64,000 bases of DNA from Auanema rhodensis (lineage: Eukaryota > Animalia > Nematoda). Below the pieces are notes generated by a model, which was not told the DNA's origin, did not search any database, and worked only from the letters and a program-made list of their open reading frames with translations. The stretch lies in assembly GCA_964057225.1 (NCBI GenBank), contig OZ059897.1:20956001-21020000 (forward strand), in the 5' to 3' direction. Below, piece by piece: positions 28,601-42,468 of this stretch (position 1 is its first letter; the number at the start of each line of letters is the position of its first letter). Position numbers and translations under genes: made by a program.

Positions 28601-31236
28601 ACTCAACATTGCTTCCAAAAACATTTTGACAAAAATTTTTTCGAAAAATTTCAAAATAATTTAGCAAAAAGTAGATGTTTTTAGATTCCATTTTTCAAGG
28701 CAAAGACGATAGACAATGTTATTCAACGAAAAAATTAATTCTTCAGGGTGAAAATCGAGGATATAAGTGTGAACTTATATCAGTTGATATCTCGGTGCAT
28801 TTTTAAGCTAGCGCAAATCTGATAACACAGATCGACGCAGCTTAAAAATCCGCATCGAATGCACTATACTACATTGAGAAACGCTTAATACAAAAATTAG
28901 TTATGATCGTTTGAAAAATGATGCATTAGTGTATGTTGAGTTTCCATGTACACTCAACATTGCTTCCAAAAACATTTTGACAAAAATTTTTTCGAAAAAT
29001 TTCAAAATAATTTACCAAAAAGTAGATGTTTTTAGATTCCATTTTTCAAGGCAAAGACGATAGACAATGTTATTCAACGAAAAAGTTAATTCTTCAGGGT
29101 GAAAATCGAGGATATAAGTGTGAACTTATATCAGTTGATATCTCGGTGCATTTTTAAGCTAGCGCAAATCTGATAACACAGATCTACGCAGCTTAAAAAT
29201 CCGCATCGAATGCACTATATTACATTGAGAAACACTTGATACAAAAATTAGTTATGATCGTTTGAAAAATGATGCATTAGTGTATGTTGAGTTTCCATGT
29301 ACACTCAACATTGCTTCCAAAAACATTTTGACAAAAATTTTTTCGAAAAATTTCAAAATAATTTAGCAAAAAGTAGATGTTTTAAGATTCCATTTTTCAA
29401 GGCAAAGACGATGGACAATGTTATTCAACGAAAAAATTAATTCTTCAGGGTGAAAATCGAGGATATAAGTGTGAACTTATATCAGTTGATATCTCGGTGC
29501 ATTTTTAAGCTAGCGCAAATCTGATAACACAGATCGACGCAGCTTAAAAATCCGCATCGAATGCACTATACTACATTGAGAAACACTTGATACAAAAATT
29601 AGTTATGATCGTTTGAAAAATGATGCATTAGTGTATGTTGAGTTTCCATGTACACTCAACATTGCTTCCAAAAACATTTTGACAAAAATTTTTTCGAAAA
29701 ATTTCAAAATAATTTAGCAAAAAGTAGATGTTTTTAGATTCCATTTTTCAAGGCAAAGACGATAGACAATGTTATTCAACGAAAAAATTAATTCTTCAGG
29801 GTGAAAATCGAGGATATAAGTGTGAACTTATATCAGTTGATATCTCGGTGCATTTTTAAGCTAGCGCAAATCTGATAACACAGATCGACGCAGCTTAAAA
29901 ATCCGCATCGAATGCACTATATTACATTGAGAAACACTTGATACAAAAATTAGTTATGATCGTTTGAAAAATGATGCATTAGTGTATGTTGAGTTTCCAT
30001 GTACACTCAACATTGCTTCCAAAAACATTTTGACAAAAATTTTTTCGAAAAATTTCAAAATAATTTAGCAAAAAGTAGATGTTTTTAGATTCCTGTTTTC
30101 AAGGCAAAGACGATGGACAATGTTATTCAACGAAAAAATTAATTCTTCAGGGTGAAAATCGAGGATATAAGTGTGAACTTATATCAGTTGATATCTCGGT
30201 GCATTTTTAAGCTAGCGCAAATCTGAAAACACAGATCGACGCAGCTTAAAAATCCGCATCGAATGCACTATATTACATTGAGAAACACTTGATACAAAAA
30301 TTAGTTATGATCGTTTGAAAAATGATGCATTAGTGTATGTTGAGTTTCCATGTACACTCAACATTGCTTCCAAAAACATTTTGACAAAAATTTTTTCGAA
30401 AAATTTCAAAATAATTTAGCAAAAAGTAGATGTTTTAAGATTCCATTTTTCAAGGCTAAGACGATGGACAATGTTATTCAACGAAAAAATTAATTCTTCA
30501 GGGTGAAAATCGAGGATATAAGTGTGAACTTATATCAGTTGATATCTCGGTGCATTTTTAAGCTAGCTCAAATCTGATAACACAGATCGACGCAGCTTAA
30601 AAATCCGCATCGAATGCACTATACTACATTGAGAAACGCTTAATACAAAAATTAGTTATGATCGTTTGAAAAATGATGCATTAGTGTATGTTGAGTTTCC
30701 ATGTACACTCAACATTGCTTCCAAAAACATTTTGACAAAAATTTTTTCGAAAAATTTCAAAATAATTTAGCAAAAAGTAGATGTTTTTAGATTCCATTTT
30801 TCAAGGCAAAGACGATGGACAATGTTATTCAACGAAAAAATTGATTCTTCAGGGTGAAAATCGAGGATATAAGTGTGAACTTATATCAGTTGATATCTCG
30901 GTGCATTTTTAAGCTAGCGCAAATCTGATAACACAGATCGACGCAGCTTAAAAATCCGCATCGAATGCACTATACTACATTGAGAACAGCTTAATACAAA
31001 AATTAGTTATGATCGTTTGAAAAATGATGCATTAGTGTATGTTGAGTTTCCATGTACACTCAACATTGCTTCCAAAAACATTTTGACAAAAATTTTTTCG
31101 AAAAATTTCAAAATAATTTAGCAAAAAGTAGATGTTTTAAGATTCCATTTTTCAAGGCAAAGACGATGGACAATGTTATTCAACGAAAAAATTAATTCTT
31201 CAGGGTGAAAATCGAGGATATAAGTGTGAACTTATA

Positions 31237-34200
31237 TCAGTTGATATCTCGGTGCATTTTTAAGCTAGCGCAAATCTGATAACACAGATCGACGCAGCTT
31301 AAAAATCCGCATCGAATGCACTATACTACATTAAGAAACGCTTGATACAAAAATTAGTTATGATCGTTTGAAAAATGATGCATTAGTGTATGTTGAGTTT
31401 CCATGTACACTCAACATTGCTTCCAAAAACATTTTGACAAAAATTTTTTCGAAAAATTTCAAAATAATTTAGCAAAAAGTAGATGTTTTTAGATTCCATT
31501 TTTCAAGGCAAAGACGATAGACAATGTTATTCAACGAAAAAATTAATTCTTCAGGGTGAAAATCGAGGATATAAGTGTGAACTTATATCAGTTGATATCT
31601 CGGTGCATTTTTAAGCTAGCGCAAATCTGATAACACAGATCGACGCAGCTTAAAAATCCGCATCGAATGCACTATATTACATTGAGAAACACTTGATACA
31701 AAAATTAGTTATGATTGTTTGAAAAATGATGCATTAGTGTATGTTGAGTTTCCATGTACACTCAACATTGCTTCCAAAAACATTTTGACAAAAATTTTTT
31801 CGAAAAATTTCAAAATAATTTAGCAAAAAGTAGATGTTTTAAGATTCCATTTTTCAAGGCAAAGACGATGGACAATGTTATTCAACGAAAAAATTAATTC
31901 TTCAGGGTGAAAATCGAGGATATAAGTGTGAACTTATATCAGTTGATATCTCGGTGCATTTTTAAGCTAGCGCAAATCTGATAACACAGATCGACGCAGC
32001 TTAAAAATCCGCATCGAATGCACTATACTACATTGAGAAACGCTTAATACAAAAATTAGTTATGATCGTTTGAAAAATGATGCATTAGTGTATGTTGAGT
32101 TTCCATGTACACTCAACATTGCTTCCAAAAACATTTTGACAAAAATTTTTTCGAAAAATTTCAAAATAATTTAGCAAAAAGTAGATGTTTTTAGATTCCA
32201 TTTTTCAAGGCAAAGACGATAGACAATGTTATTCAACGAAAAAATTAATTCTTCAGGGTGAAAATCGAGGATATAAGTGTGAACTTATATCAGTTGATAT
32301 CTCGGTGCATTTTTAAGCTAGCGCAAATCTGATAACACAGATCGACGCAGCTTAAAAATCCGCATCGAATGCACTATACTACATTGAGAAACGCTTAATA
32401 CAAAAATTAGTTATGATCGTTTGAAAAATGATGCATTAGTGTATGTTGAGTTTCCATGTACACTCAACATTGCTTCCAAAAACATTTTGACAAAAATTTT
32501 TTCGAAAAATTTCAAAATAATTTACCAAAAAGTAGATGTTTTTAGATTCCATTTTTCAAGGCAAAGACGATAGACAATGTTATTCAACGAAAAAGTTAAT
32601 TCTTCAGGGTGAAAATCGAGGATATAAGTGTGAACTTATATCAGTTGATATCTCGGTGCATTTTTAAGCTAGCGCAAATCTGATAACACAGATCTACGCA
32701 GCTTAAAAATCCGCATCGAATGCACTATATTACATTGAGAAACACTTGATACAAAAATTAGTTATGATCGTTTGAAAAATGATGCATTAGTGTATGTTGA
32801 GTTTCCATGTACACTCAACATTGCTTCCAAAAACATTTTGACAAAAATTTTTTCGAAAAATTTCAAAATAATTTAGCAAAAAGTAAATGTTTTAAGATTC
32901 CATTTTTCAAGGCAAAGACGATGGACAATGTTATTCAACGAAAAAGTTAATTCTTCAGGGTGAAAATCGAGGATATAAGTGTGAACTTATATCAGTTGAT
33001 ATCTCGGTGCATTTTTAAGCTAGCGCAAATCTGATAACACAGATCGACGCAGCTTAAAAATCCGCATCGAATGCACTATATTACATTGAGAAACACTTGA
33101 TACAAAAATTAGTTATGATCGTTTGAAAAATGATGCATTAGTGTATGTTGAGTTTCCATGTACACTCAACATTGCTTCCAAAAACATTTTGACAAAAATT
33201 TTTTCGAAAAATTTCAAAATAATTTAGCAAAAAGTAGATGTTTTAAGATTCCATTTTTCAAGGCAAAGACGATGGACAATGTTATTCAACGAAAAAATTA
33301 ATTCTTCAGGGTGAAAATCGAGGATATAAGTGTGAACTTATATCAGTTGATATCTCGGTGCATTTTTAAGCTAGCGCAAATCTGATAACACAGATCGACG
33401 CAGCTTAAAAATCCGCATCGAATGCACTATACTACATTAAGAAACGCTTGATACAAAAATTAGTTATGATCGTTTGAAAAATGATGCATTAGTGTATGTT
33501 GAGTTTCCATGTACACTCAACATTGCTTCCAAAAACATTTTGACAAAAATTTTTTCGAAAAATTTCAAAATAATTTAGCAAAAAGTAGATGTTTTTAGAT
33601 TCCATTTTTCAAGGCAAAGACGATAGACAATGTTATTCAACGAAAAAATTAATTCTTCAGGGTGAAAATCGAGGATATAAGTGTGAACTTATATCAGTTG
33701 ATATCTCGGTGCATTTTTAAGCTAGCGCAAATCTGATAACACAGATCGACGCAGCTTAAAAATCCGCATCGAATGCACTATATTACATTGAGAAACACTT
33801 GATACAAAAATTAGTTATGATTGTTTGAAAAATGATGCATTAGTGTATGTTGAGTTTCCATGTACACTCAACATTGCTTCCAAAAACATTTTGACAAAAA
33901 TTTTTTCGAAAAATTTCAAAATAATTTAGCAAAAAGTAGATGTTTTAAGATTCCATTTTTCAAGGCAAAGACGATGGACAATGTTATTCAACGAAAAAAT
34001 TAATTCTTCAGGGTGAAAATCGAGGATATAAGTGTGAACTTATATCAGTTGATATCTCGGTGCATTTTTAAGCTAGCGCAAATCTGATAACACAGATCGA
34101 CGCAGCTTAAAAATCCGCAGCGAATGCACTATACTACATTGAGAAACGCTTAATACAAAAATTAGTTATGATCGTTTGAAAAATGATGCATTAGTGTATG

Positions 34201-35097
34201 TTGAGTTTCCATGTACACTCAACATTGCTTCCAAAAACATTTTGACAAAAATTTTTTCGAAAAATTTCAAAATAATTTAGCAAAAAGTAGATGTTTTTAG
34301 ATTCCATTTTTCAAGGCAAAGACGATAGACAATGTTATTCAACGAAAAAATTAATTCTTCAGGGTGAAAATCGAGGATATAAGTGTGAACTTATATCAGT
34401 TGATATCTCGGTGCATTTTTAAGCTAGCGCAAATCTGATAACACAGATCGACGCAGCTTAAAAATCCGCATCGAATGCACTATACTACATTGAGAAACGC
34501 TTAATACAAAAATTAGTTATGATCGTTTGAAAAATGATGCATTAGTGTATGTTGAGTTTCCATGTACACTCAACATTGCTTCCAAAAACATTTTGACAAA
34601 AATTTTTTCGAAAAATTTCAAAATAATTTACCAAAAAGTAGATGTTTTTAGATTCCATTTTTCAAGGCAAAGACGATAGACAATGTTATTCAACGAAAAA
34701 GTTAATTCTTCAGGGTGAAAATCGAGGATATAAGTGTGAACTTATATCAGTTGATATCTCGGTGCATTTTTAAGCTAGCGCAAATCTGATAACACAGATC
34801 TACGCAGCTTAAAAATCCGCATCGAATGCACTATATTACATTGAGAAACACTTGATACAAAAATTAGTTATGATCGTTTGAAAAATGATGCATTAGTGTA
34901 TGTTGAGTTTCCATGTACACTCAACATTGCTTCCAAAAACATTTTGACAAAAATTTTTTCGAAAAATTTCAAAATAATTTAGCAAAAAGTAAATGTTTTA
35001 AGATTCCATTTTTCAAGGCAAAGACGATGGACAATGTTATTCAACGAAAAAATTAATTCTTCAGGGTGAAAATCGAGGATATAAGTGTGAACTTATA
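31237..35097. repeat. 6-monomer (2106-bp) offset duplication
   Basis: The ATGATTGTTT variant occurs at 31716 and 33822, with the same order of neighbouring monomer types. Confidence 0.82.
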
Positions 35098-38000
35098 TCA
35101 GTTGATATCTCGGTGCATTTTTAAGCTAGCGCAAATCTGATAACACAGATCGACGCAGCTTAAAAATCCGCATCGAATGCACTATACTACATTAAGAAAC
35201 GCTTGATACAAAAATTAGTTATGATCGTTTGAAAAATGATGCATTAGTGTATGTTGAGTTTCCATGTACACTCAACATTGCTTCCAAAAACATTTTGACA
35301 AAAATTTTTTCGAAAAATTTCAAAATTATTTAGCAAAAAGTAGATGTTTTTAGATTCCATTTTTCAAGGCAAAGACGATAGACAATGTTATTCAACGGAA
35401 AAGTTAATTCTTCAGGGTGAAAATCGAGGATATAAGTGTGAACTTATATCAGTTGATATCTCGGTGCATTTTTAAGCTAGCGCAAATCTGATAACACAGA
35501 TCTACGCAGCTTAAAAATCCGCATCGAATGCACTATATTACATTGAGAAACACTTAATACAAAAATTAGTTATGATCGTTTGAAAAATGATGCATTAGTG
35601 TATGTTGAGTTTCCATGTACACTCAACATTGCTTCCAAAAACATTTTGATAAAAATTTTTTCGAAAAATTTCAAAATTATTTAGCAAAAAGTAGATGTTT
35701 TTAGATTCCATTTTTCAAGGCAAAGACGATGGACAATGTTATTCAACGAAAAAATTAATTCTTCAGGGTGAAAATCGAGGATATAAGTGTGAACTTATAT
35801 CAGTTGATATCTCGGTGCATTTTTAAGCTAGCGCAAATCTGATAACACAGATCGACGCAGCTTAAAAATCCGGATCGAATGCACTATACTACATTAAGAA
35901 ACGCTTGATACAAAAATTAGTTATGATCGTTTGAAAAATGATGCATTAGTGTATGTTGAGTTTCCATGTACACTCAACATTGCTTCCAAAAACATTTTGA
36001 CAAAAATTTTTTCGAAAAATTTCAAAATTATTTAGCAAATAGTAGATGTTTTTAGATTCCATTTTTCAAGGCAAAGACGATAGACAATGTTATTCAACGG
36101 AAAAGTTAATTCTTCAGGGTGAAAATCGAGGATATAAGTGTGAACTTATATCAGTTGATATCTCGGTGCATTTTTAAGCTAGCGCAAATCTGATAACACA
36201 GATCGACGCAGCTTAAAAATCCGGATCGAATGCACTATACTACATTAAGAAACGCTTGATACAAAAATTAGTTATGATCGTTTGAAAAATGATGCATTAG
36301 TGTATGTTGAGTTTCCATGTACACTCAACATTGCTTCCAAAAACATTTTGACAAAAATTTTTTCGAAAAATTTCAAAATAATTTAGCAAAAAGTAAATGT
36401 TTTAAGATTCCATTTTTCAAGGCAAAGACGATGGACAATGTTATTCAACGAAAAAATTAATTCTTCAGGGTGAAAATCGAGGATATAAGTGTGAACTTAT
36501 ATCAGTTGATATCTCGGTGCATTTTTAAGCTAGCGCAAATCTGATAACACAGATCGACGCAGCTTAAAAATCCGGATCGAATGCACTATACTACATTAAG
36601 AAACGCTTGATACAAAAATTGGTTATGATCGTTTGAAAAATGATGCATTAGTGTATGTTGAGTTTCCATGTACACTCAACATTGCTTCCAAAAACATTTT
36701 GACAAAAATTTTTTCGAAAAATTTCAAAATTATTTAGCAAAAAGTAGATGTTTTTAGATTCCATTTTTCAAGGCAAAGACGATAGACAATGTTATTCAAC
36801 GGAAAAGTTAATTCTTCAGGGTGAAAATCGAGGATATAAGTGTGAACTTATATCAGTTGATATCTCGGTGCATTTTTAAGCTAGCGCAAATCTGATAACA
36901 CAGATCGACGCAGCTTAAAAATCCGCATCGAATGCACTATACTACATTGAGAAACGCTTAATACAAAAATTAGTTATGATCGTTTGAAAAATGATGCATT
37001 AGTGTATGTTGAGTTTCCATGTACACTCAACATTGCTTCCAAAAACATTTTGACAAAAATTTTTTCGAAAAATTTCAAAATAATTTAGCAAAAAGTAGAT
37101 GTTTTTAGATTCCTTTTTTCAAGGCAAAGACGATGGACAATGTTATTCAACGAAAAAATTATTTCTTCAGGGTGAAAATCGAGGATATAAGTGTGAACTT
37201 ATATCAGTTGATATCTCGGTGCATTTTTAAGCTAGCGCAAATCTGATAACACAGATCGACGCAGCTTAAGAATCCGCATCGAATGCACTATACTACATTG
37301 AGAAACGCTTAATACAAAAATTAGTTATGATCGTTTGAAAAATGATGCATTAGTGTATGTTGAGTTTCCATGTACACTCAACATTGCTTCCAAAAACATT
37401 TTGACAAGAATTTTTTCGAAAAATTTCAGAATAATTTAGCAAAAAGTAGATGTTTTTAGATTCCTTTTTTCAAGGCAAAGACGATGGACAATGTTATTCA
37501 ACGAAAAAATTATTTCTTCAGGGTGAAAATCGAGGATATAAGTGTGAACTTATATCAGTTGATATCTCGGTGCATTTTTAAGCTAGCGCAAATCTGATAA
37601 CACAGATCGACGCAGCTTAAAAATCCGCATCGAATGCACTATACTACATTAAGAAACGCTTGATACAAAAATTAGTTATGATCGTTTGAAAAATGATGCA
37701 TTAGTGTATGTTGAGTTTCCATGTACACTCAACATTGCTTCCAAAAACATTTTGACAAAAATTTTTTCGAAAAATTTCAAAATTATTTAGCAAAAAGTAG
37801 ATGTTTTTAGATTCCATTTTTCAAGGCAAAGACGATAGACAATGTTATTCAACGGAAAAGTTAATTCTTCAGGGTGAAAATCGAGGATATAAGTGTGAAC
37901 TTATATCAGTTGATATCTCGGTGCATTTTTAAGCTAGCGCAAATCTGATAACACAGATCTACGCAGCTTAAAAATCCGCATCGAATGCACTATATTACAT

Positions 38001-39660
38001 TGAGAAACACTTAATACAAAAATTAGTTATGATCGTTTGAAAAATGATGCATTAGTGTATGTTGAGTTTCCATGTACACTCAACATTGCTTCCAAAAACA
38101 TTTTGATAAAAATTTTTTCGAAAAATTTCAAAATTATTTAGCAAAAAGTAGATGTTTTTAGATTCCATTTTTCAAGGCAAAGACGATGGACAATGTTATT
38201 CAACGAAAAAATTAATTCTTCAGGGTGAAAATCGAGGATATAAGTGTGAACTTATATCAGTTGATATCTCGGTGCATTTTTAAGCTAGCGCAAATCTGAT
38301 AACACAGATCGACGCAGCTTAAAAATCCGGATCGAATGCACTATACTACATTAAGAAACGCTTGATACAAAAATTAGTTATGATCGTTTGAAAAATGATG
38401 CATTAGTGTATGTTGAGTTTCCATGTACACTCAACATTGCTTCCAAAAACATTTTGACAAAAATTTTTTCGAAAAATTTCAAAATTATTTAGCAAATAGT
38501 AGATGTTTTTAGATTCCATTTTTCAAGGCAAAGACGATAGACAATGTTATTCAACGGAAAAGTTAATTCTTCAGGGTGAAAATCGAGGATATAAGTGTGA
38601 ACTTATATCAGTTGATATCTCGGTGCATTTTTAAGCTAGCGCAAATCTGATAACACAGATCGACGCAGCTTAAAAATCCGGATCGAATGCACTATACTAC
38701 ATTAAGAAACGCTTGATACAAAAATTAGTTATGATCGTTTGAAAAATGATGCATTAGTGTATGTTGAGTTTCCATGTACACTCAACATTGCTTCCAAAAA
38801 CATTTTGACAAAAATTTTTTCGAAAAATTTCAAAATAATTTAGCAAAAAGTAAATGTTTTAAGATTCCATTTTTCAAGGCAAAGACGATGGACAATGTTA
38901 TTCAACGAAAAAATTAATTCTTCAGGGTGAAAATCGAGGATATAAGTGTGAACTTATATCAGTTGATATCTCGGTGCATTTTTAAGCTAGCGCAAATCTG
39001 ATAACACAGATCGACGCAGCTTAAAAATCCGGATCGAATGCACTATACTACATTAAGAAACGCTTGATACAAAAATTAGTTATGATCGTTTGAAAAATGA
39101 TGCATTAGTGTATGTTGAGTTTCCATGTACACTCAACATTGCTTCCAAAAACATTTTGACAAAAATTTTTTCGAAAAATTTCAAAATTATTTAGCAAAAA
39201 GTAGATGTTTTTAGATTCCATTTTTCAAGGCAAAGACGATAGACAATGTTATTCAACGGAAAAGTTAATTCTTCAGGGTGAAAATCGAGGATATAAGTGT
39301 GAACTTATATCAGTTGATATCTCGGTGCATTTTTAAGCTAGCGCAAATCTGATAACACAGATCGACGCAGCTTAAAAATCCGCATCGAATGCACTATACT
39401 ACATTGAGAAACGCTTAATACAAAAATTAGTTATGATCGTTTGAAAAATGATGCATTAGTGTATGTTGAGTTTCCATGTACACTCAACATTGCTTCCAAA
39501 AACATTTTGACAAAAATTTTTTCGAAAAATTTCAAAATAATTTAGCAAAAAGTAGATGTTTTTAGATTCCTTTTTTCAAGGCAAAGACGATGGACAATGT
39601 TATTCAACGAAAAAATTATTTCTTCAGGGTGAAAATCGAGGATATAAGTGTGAACTTATA
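35098..39660. repeat. 7-monomer (2457-bp) offset duplication: 6 monomers, 1 odd monomer, then 6 monomers
   Basis: TTTTGATAAAA at 35650/38107 and GCAAATAGT at 36040/38497 are both offset by 2457. Confidence 0.88.
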
Positions 39661-42468
39661 TCAGTTGATATCTCGGTGCATTTTTAAGCTAGCGCAAATC
39701 TGATAACACAGATCGACGCAGCTTAAAAATCCGGATCGAATGCACTATACTACATTAAGAAACGCTTGATACAAAAATTAGTTATGATCGTTTGAAAAAT
39801 GATGCATTAGTGTATGTTGAGTTTCCATGTACACTCAACATTGCTTCCAAAAACATTTTGACAAAAATTTTTTCGAAAAATTTCAAAATAATTTAGCAAA
39901 AAGTAGATGTTTTTAGATTCCATTTTTCAAGGCAAAGACGATAGACAATGTTATTCAACGGAAAAGTTAATTCTTCAGGGTGAAAATCGAGGATATAAGT
40001 GTGAACTTATATCAGTTGATATCTCGGTGCATTTTTAAGCTAGCGCAAATCTGATAACACAGATCGACGCAGCTTAAAAATCCGCATCGAATGCACTATA
40101 CTACATTGAAAAACGCTTGATACAAAAATTAGTTATGATCGTTTGAAAAATGATGCATTAGTGTATGTTGAGTTTCCATGTACACTCAATATTGCTTCCA
40201 AAAACATTTTGACAAAAATTTTTTCGAAAAATTTCAAAATAATTTAGCAAAAAGTAGATGTTTTTAGATTCCTTTTTTCAAGGCAAAGACGATGGACAAT
40301 GTTATTCAACGAAAAAATTATTTCTTCAGGGTGAAAATCGAGGATATAAGTGTGAACTTATATCAGTTGATATCTCGGTGCATTTTTAAGCTAGCGCAAA
40401 TCTGATAACACAGATCGACGCAGCTTAAAAATCCGCATCGAATGCACTATACTACATTGAGAAACGCTTAATACAAAAATTAGTTATGATCGTTTGAAAA
40501 ATGATGCATTAGTGTATGTTGAGTTTCCATGTACACTCAACATTGCTTCCAAAAACATTTTGACAAAAATTTTTTCGAAAAATTTCAAAATAATTTAGCA
40601 AAAAGTAGATGTTTTTAGATTCCTTTTTTCAAGGCAAAGACGATGGACAATGTTATTCAACGAAAAAATTAATTCTTCAGGGTGAAAATCGAGGATATAA
40701 GTGTGAACTTATATCAGTTGATATCTCGGTGCATTTTTAAGCTAGCGCAAATCTGATAACACAGATCGACGCAGCTTAAAAATCCGCATCGAATGCACTA
40801 TACTACATTGAGAAAAGCTTAATACAAAAATTAGTTATGATCGTTTGAAAAATGATGCATTAGTGTATGTTGAGTTTCCATGTACACTCAACATTGCTTC
40901 CAAAAACATTTTGACAAAAATTTTTTCGAAAAATTTCAAAATAATTTAGCAAAAAGTAGATGTTTTTAGATTCCTTTTTTCAAGGCAAAGACGATGGACA
41001 ATGTTATTCAACGAAAAAATTATTTCTTCAGGGTGAAAATCGAGGATATAAGTGTGAACTTATATCAGTTGATATCTCGGTGCATTTTTAAGCTAGCGCA
41101 AATCTGATAACACAGATCGACGCAGCTTAAAAATCCGGATCGAATGCACTATACTACATTAAGAAACGCTTGATACAAAAATTAGTTATGATCGTTTGAA
41201 AAATGATGCATTAGTGTATGTTGAGTTTCCATGTACACTCAACATTGCTTCCAAAAACATTTTGACAAAAATTTTTTCGAAAAATTTCAAAATAATTTAG
41301 CAAAAAGTAGATGTTTTTAGATTCCATTTTTCAAGGCAAAGACGATAGACAATGTTATTCAACGGAAAAGTTAATTCTTCAGGGTGAAAATCGAGGATAT
41401 AAGTGTGAACTTATATCAGTTGATATCTCGGTGCATTTTTAAGCTAGCGCAAATCTGATAACACAGATCGACGCAGCTTAAAAATCCGCATCGAATGCAC
41501 TATACTACATTGAAAAACGCTTGATACAAAAATTAGTTATGATCGTTTGAAAAATGATGCATTAGTGTATGTTGAGTTTCCATGTACACTCAATATTGCT
41601 TCCAAAAACATTTTGACAAAAATTTTTTCGAAAAATTTCAAAATAATTTAGCAAAAAGTAGATGTTTTTAGATTCCTTTTTTCAAGGCAAAGACGATGGA
41701 CAATGTTATTCAACGAAAAAATTATTTCTTCAGGGTGAAAATCGAGGATATAAGTGTGAACTTATATCAGTTGATATCTCGGTGCATTTTTAAGCTAGCG
41801 CAAATCTGATAACACAGATCGACGCAGCTTAAAAATCCGCATCGAATGCACTATACTACATTGAGAAACGCTTAATACAAAAATTAGTTATGATCGTTTG
41901 AAAAATGATGCATTAGTGTATGTTGAGTTTCCATGTACACTCAACATTGCTTCCAAAAACATTTTGACAAAAATTTTTTCGAAAAATTTCAAAATAATTT
42001 AGCAAAAAGTAGATGTTTTTAGATTCCTTTTTTCAAGGCAAAGACGATGGACAATGTTATTCAACGAAAAAATTAATTCTTCAGGGTGAAAATCGAGGAT
42101 ATAAGTGTGAACTTATATCAGTTGATATCTCGGTGCATTTTTAAGCTAGCGCAAATCTGATAACACAGATCGACGCAGCTTAAAAATCCGCATCGAATGC
42201 ACTATACTACATTGAGAAAAGCTTAATACAAAAATTAGTTATGATCGTTTGAAAAATGATGCATTAGTGTATGTTGAGTTTCCATGTACACTCAACATTG
42301 CTTCCAAAAACATTTTGACAAAAATTTTTTCGAAAAATTTCAAAATAATTTAGCAAAAAGTAGATGTTTTTAGATTCCTTTTTTCAAGGCAAAGACGATG
42401 GACAATGTTATTCAACGAAAAAATTATTTCTTCAGGGTGAAAATCGAGGATATAAGTGTGAACTTATA
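39661..42468. repeat. 4-monomer (1404-bp) tandem duplication, 2 copies
   Basis: The CTCAATATTG variant occurs at 40190 and 41594, and the order of four monomer types is identical. Confidence 0.88.
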
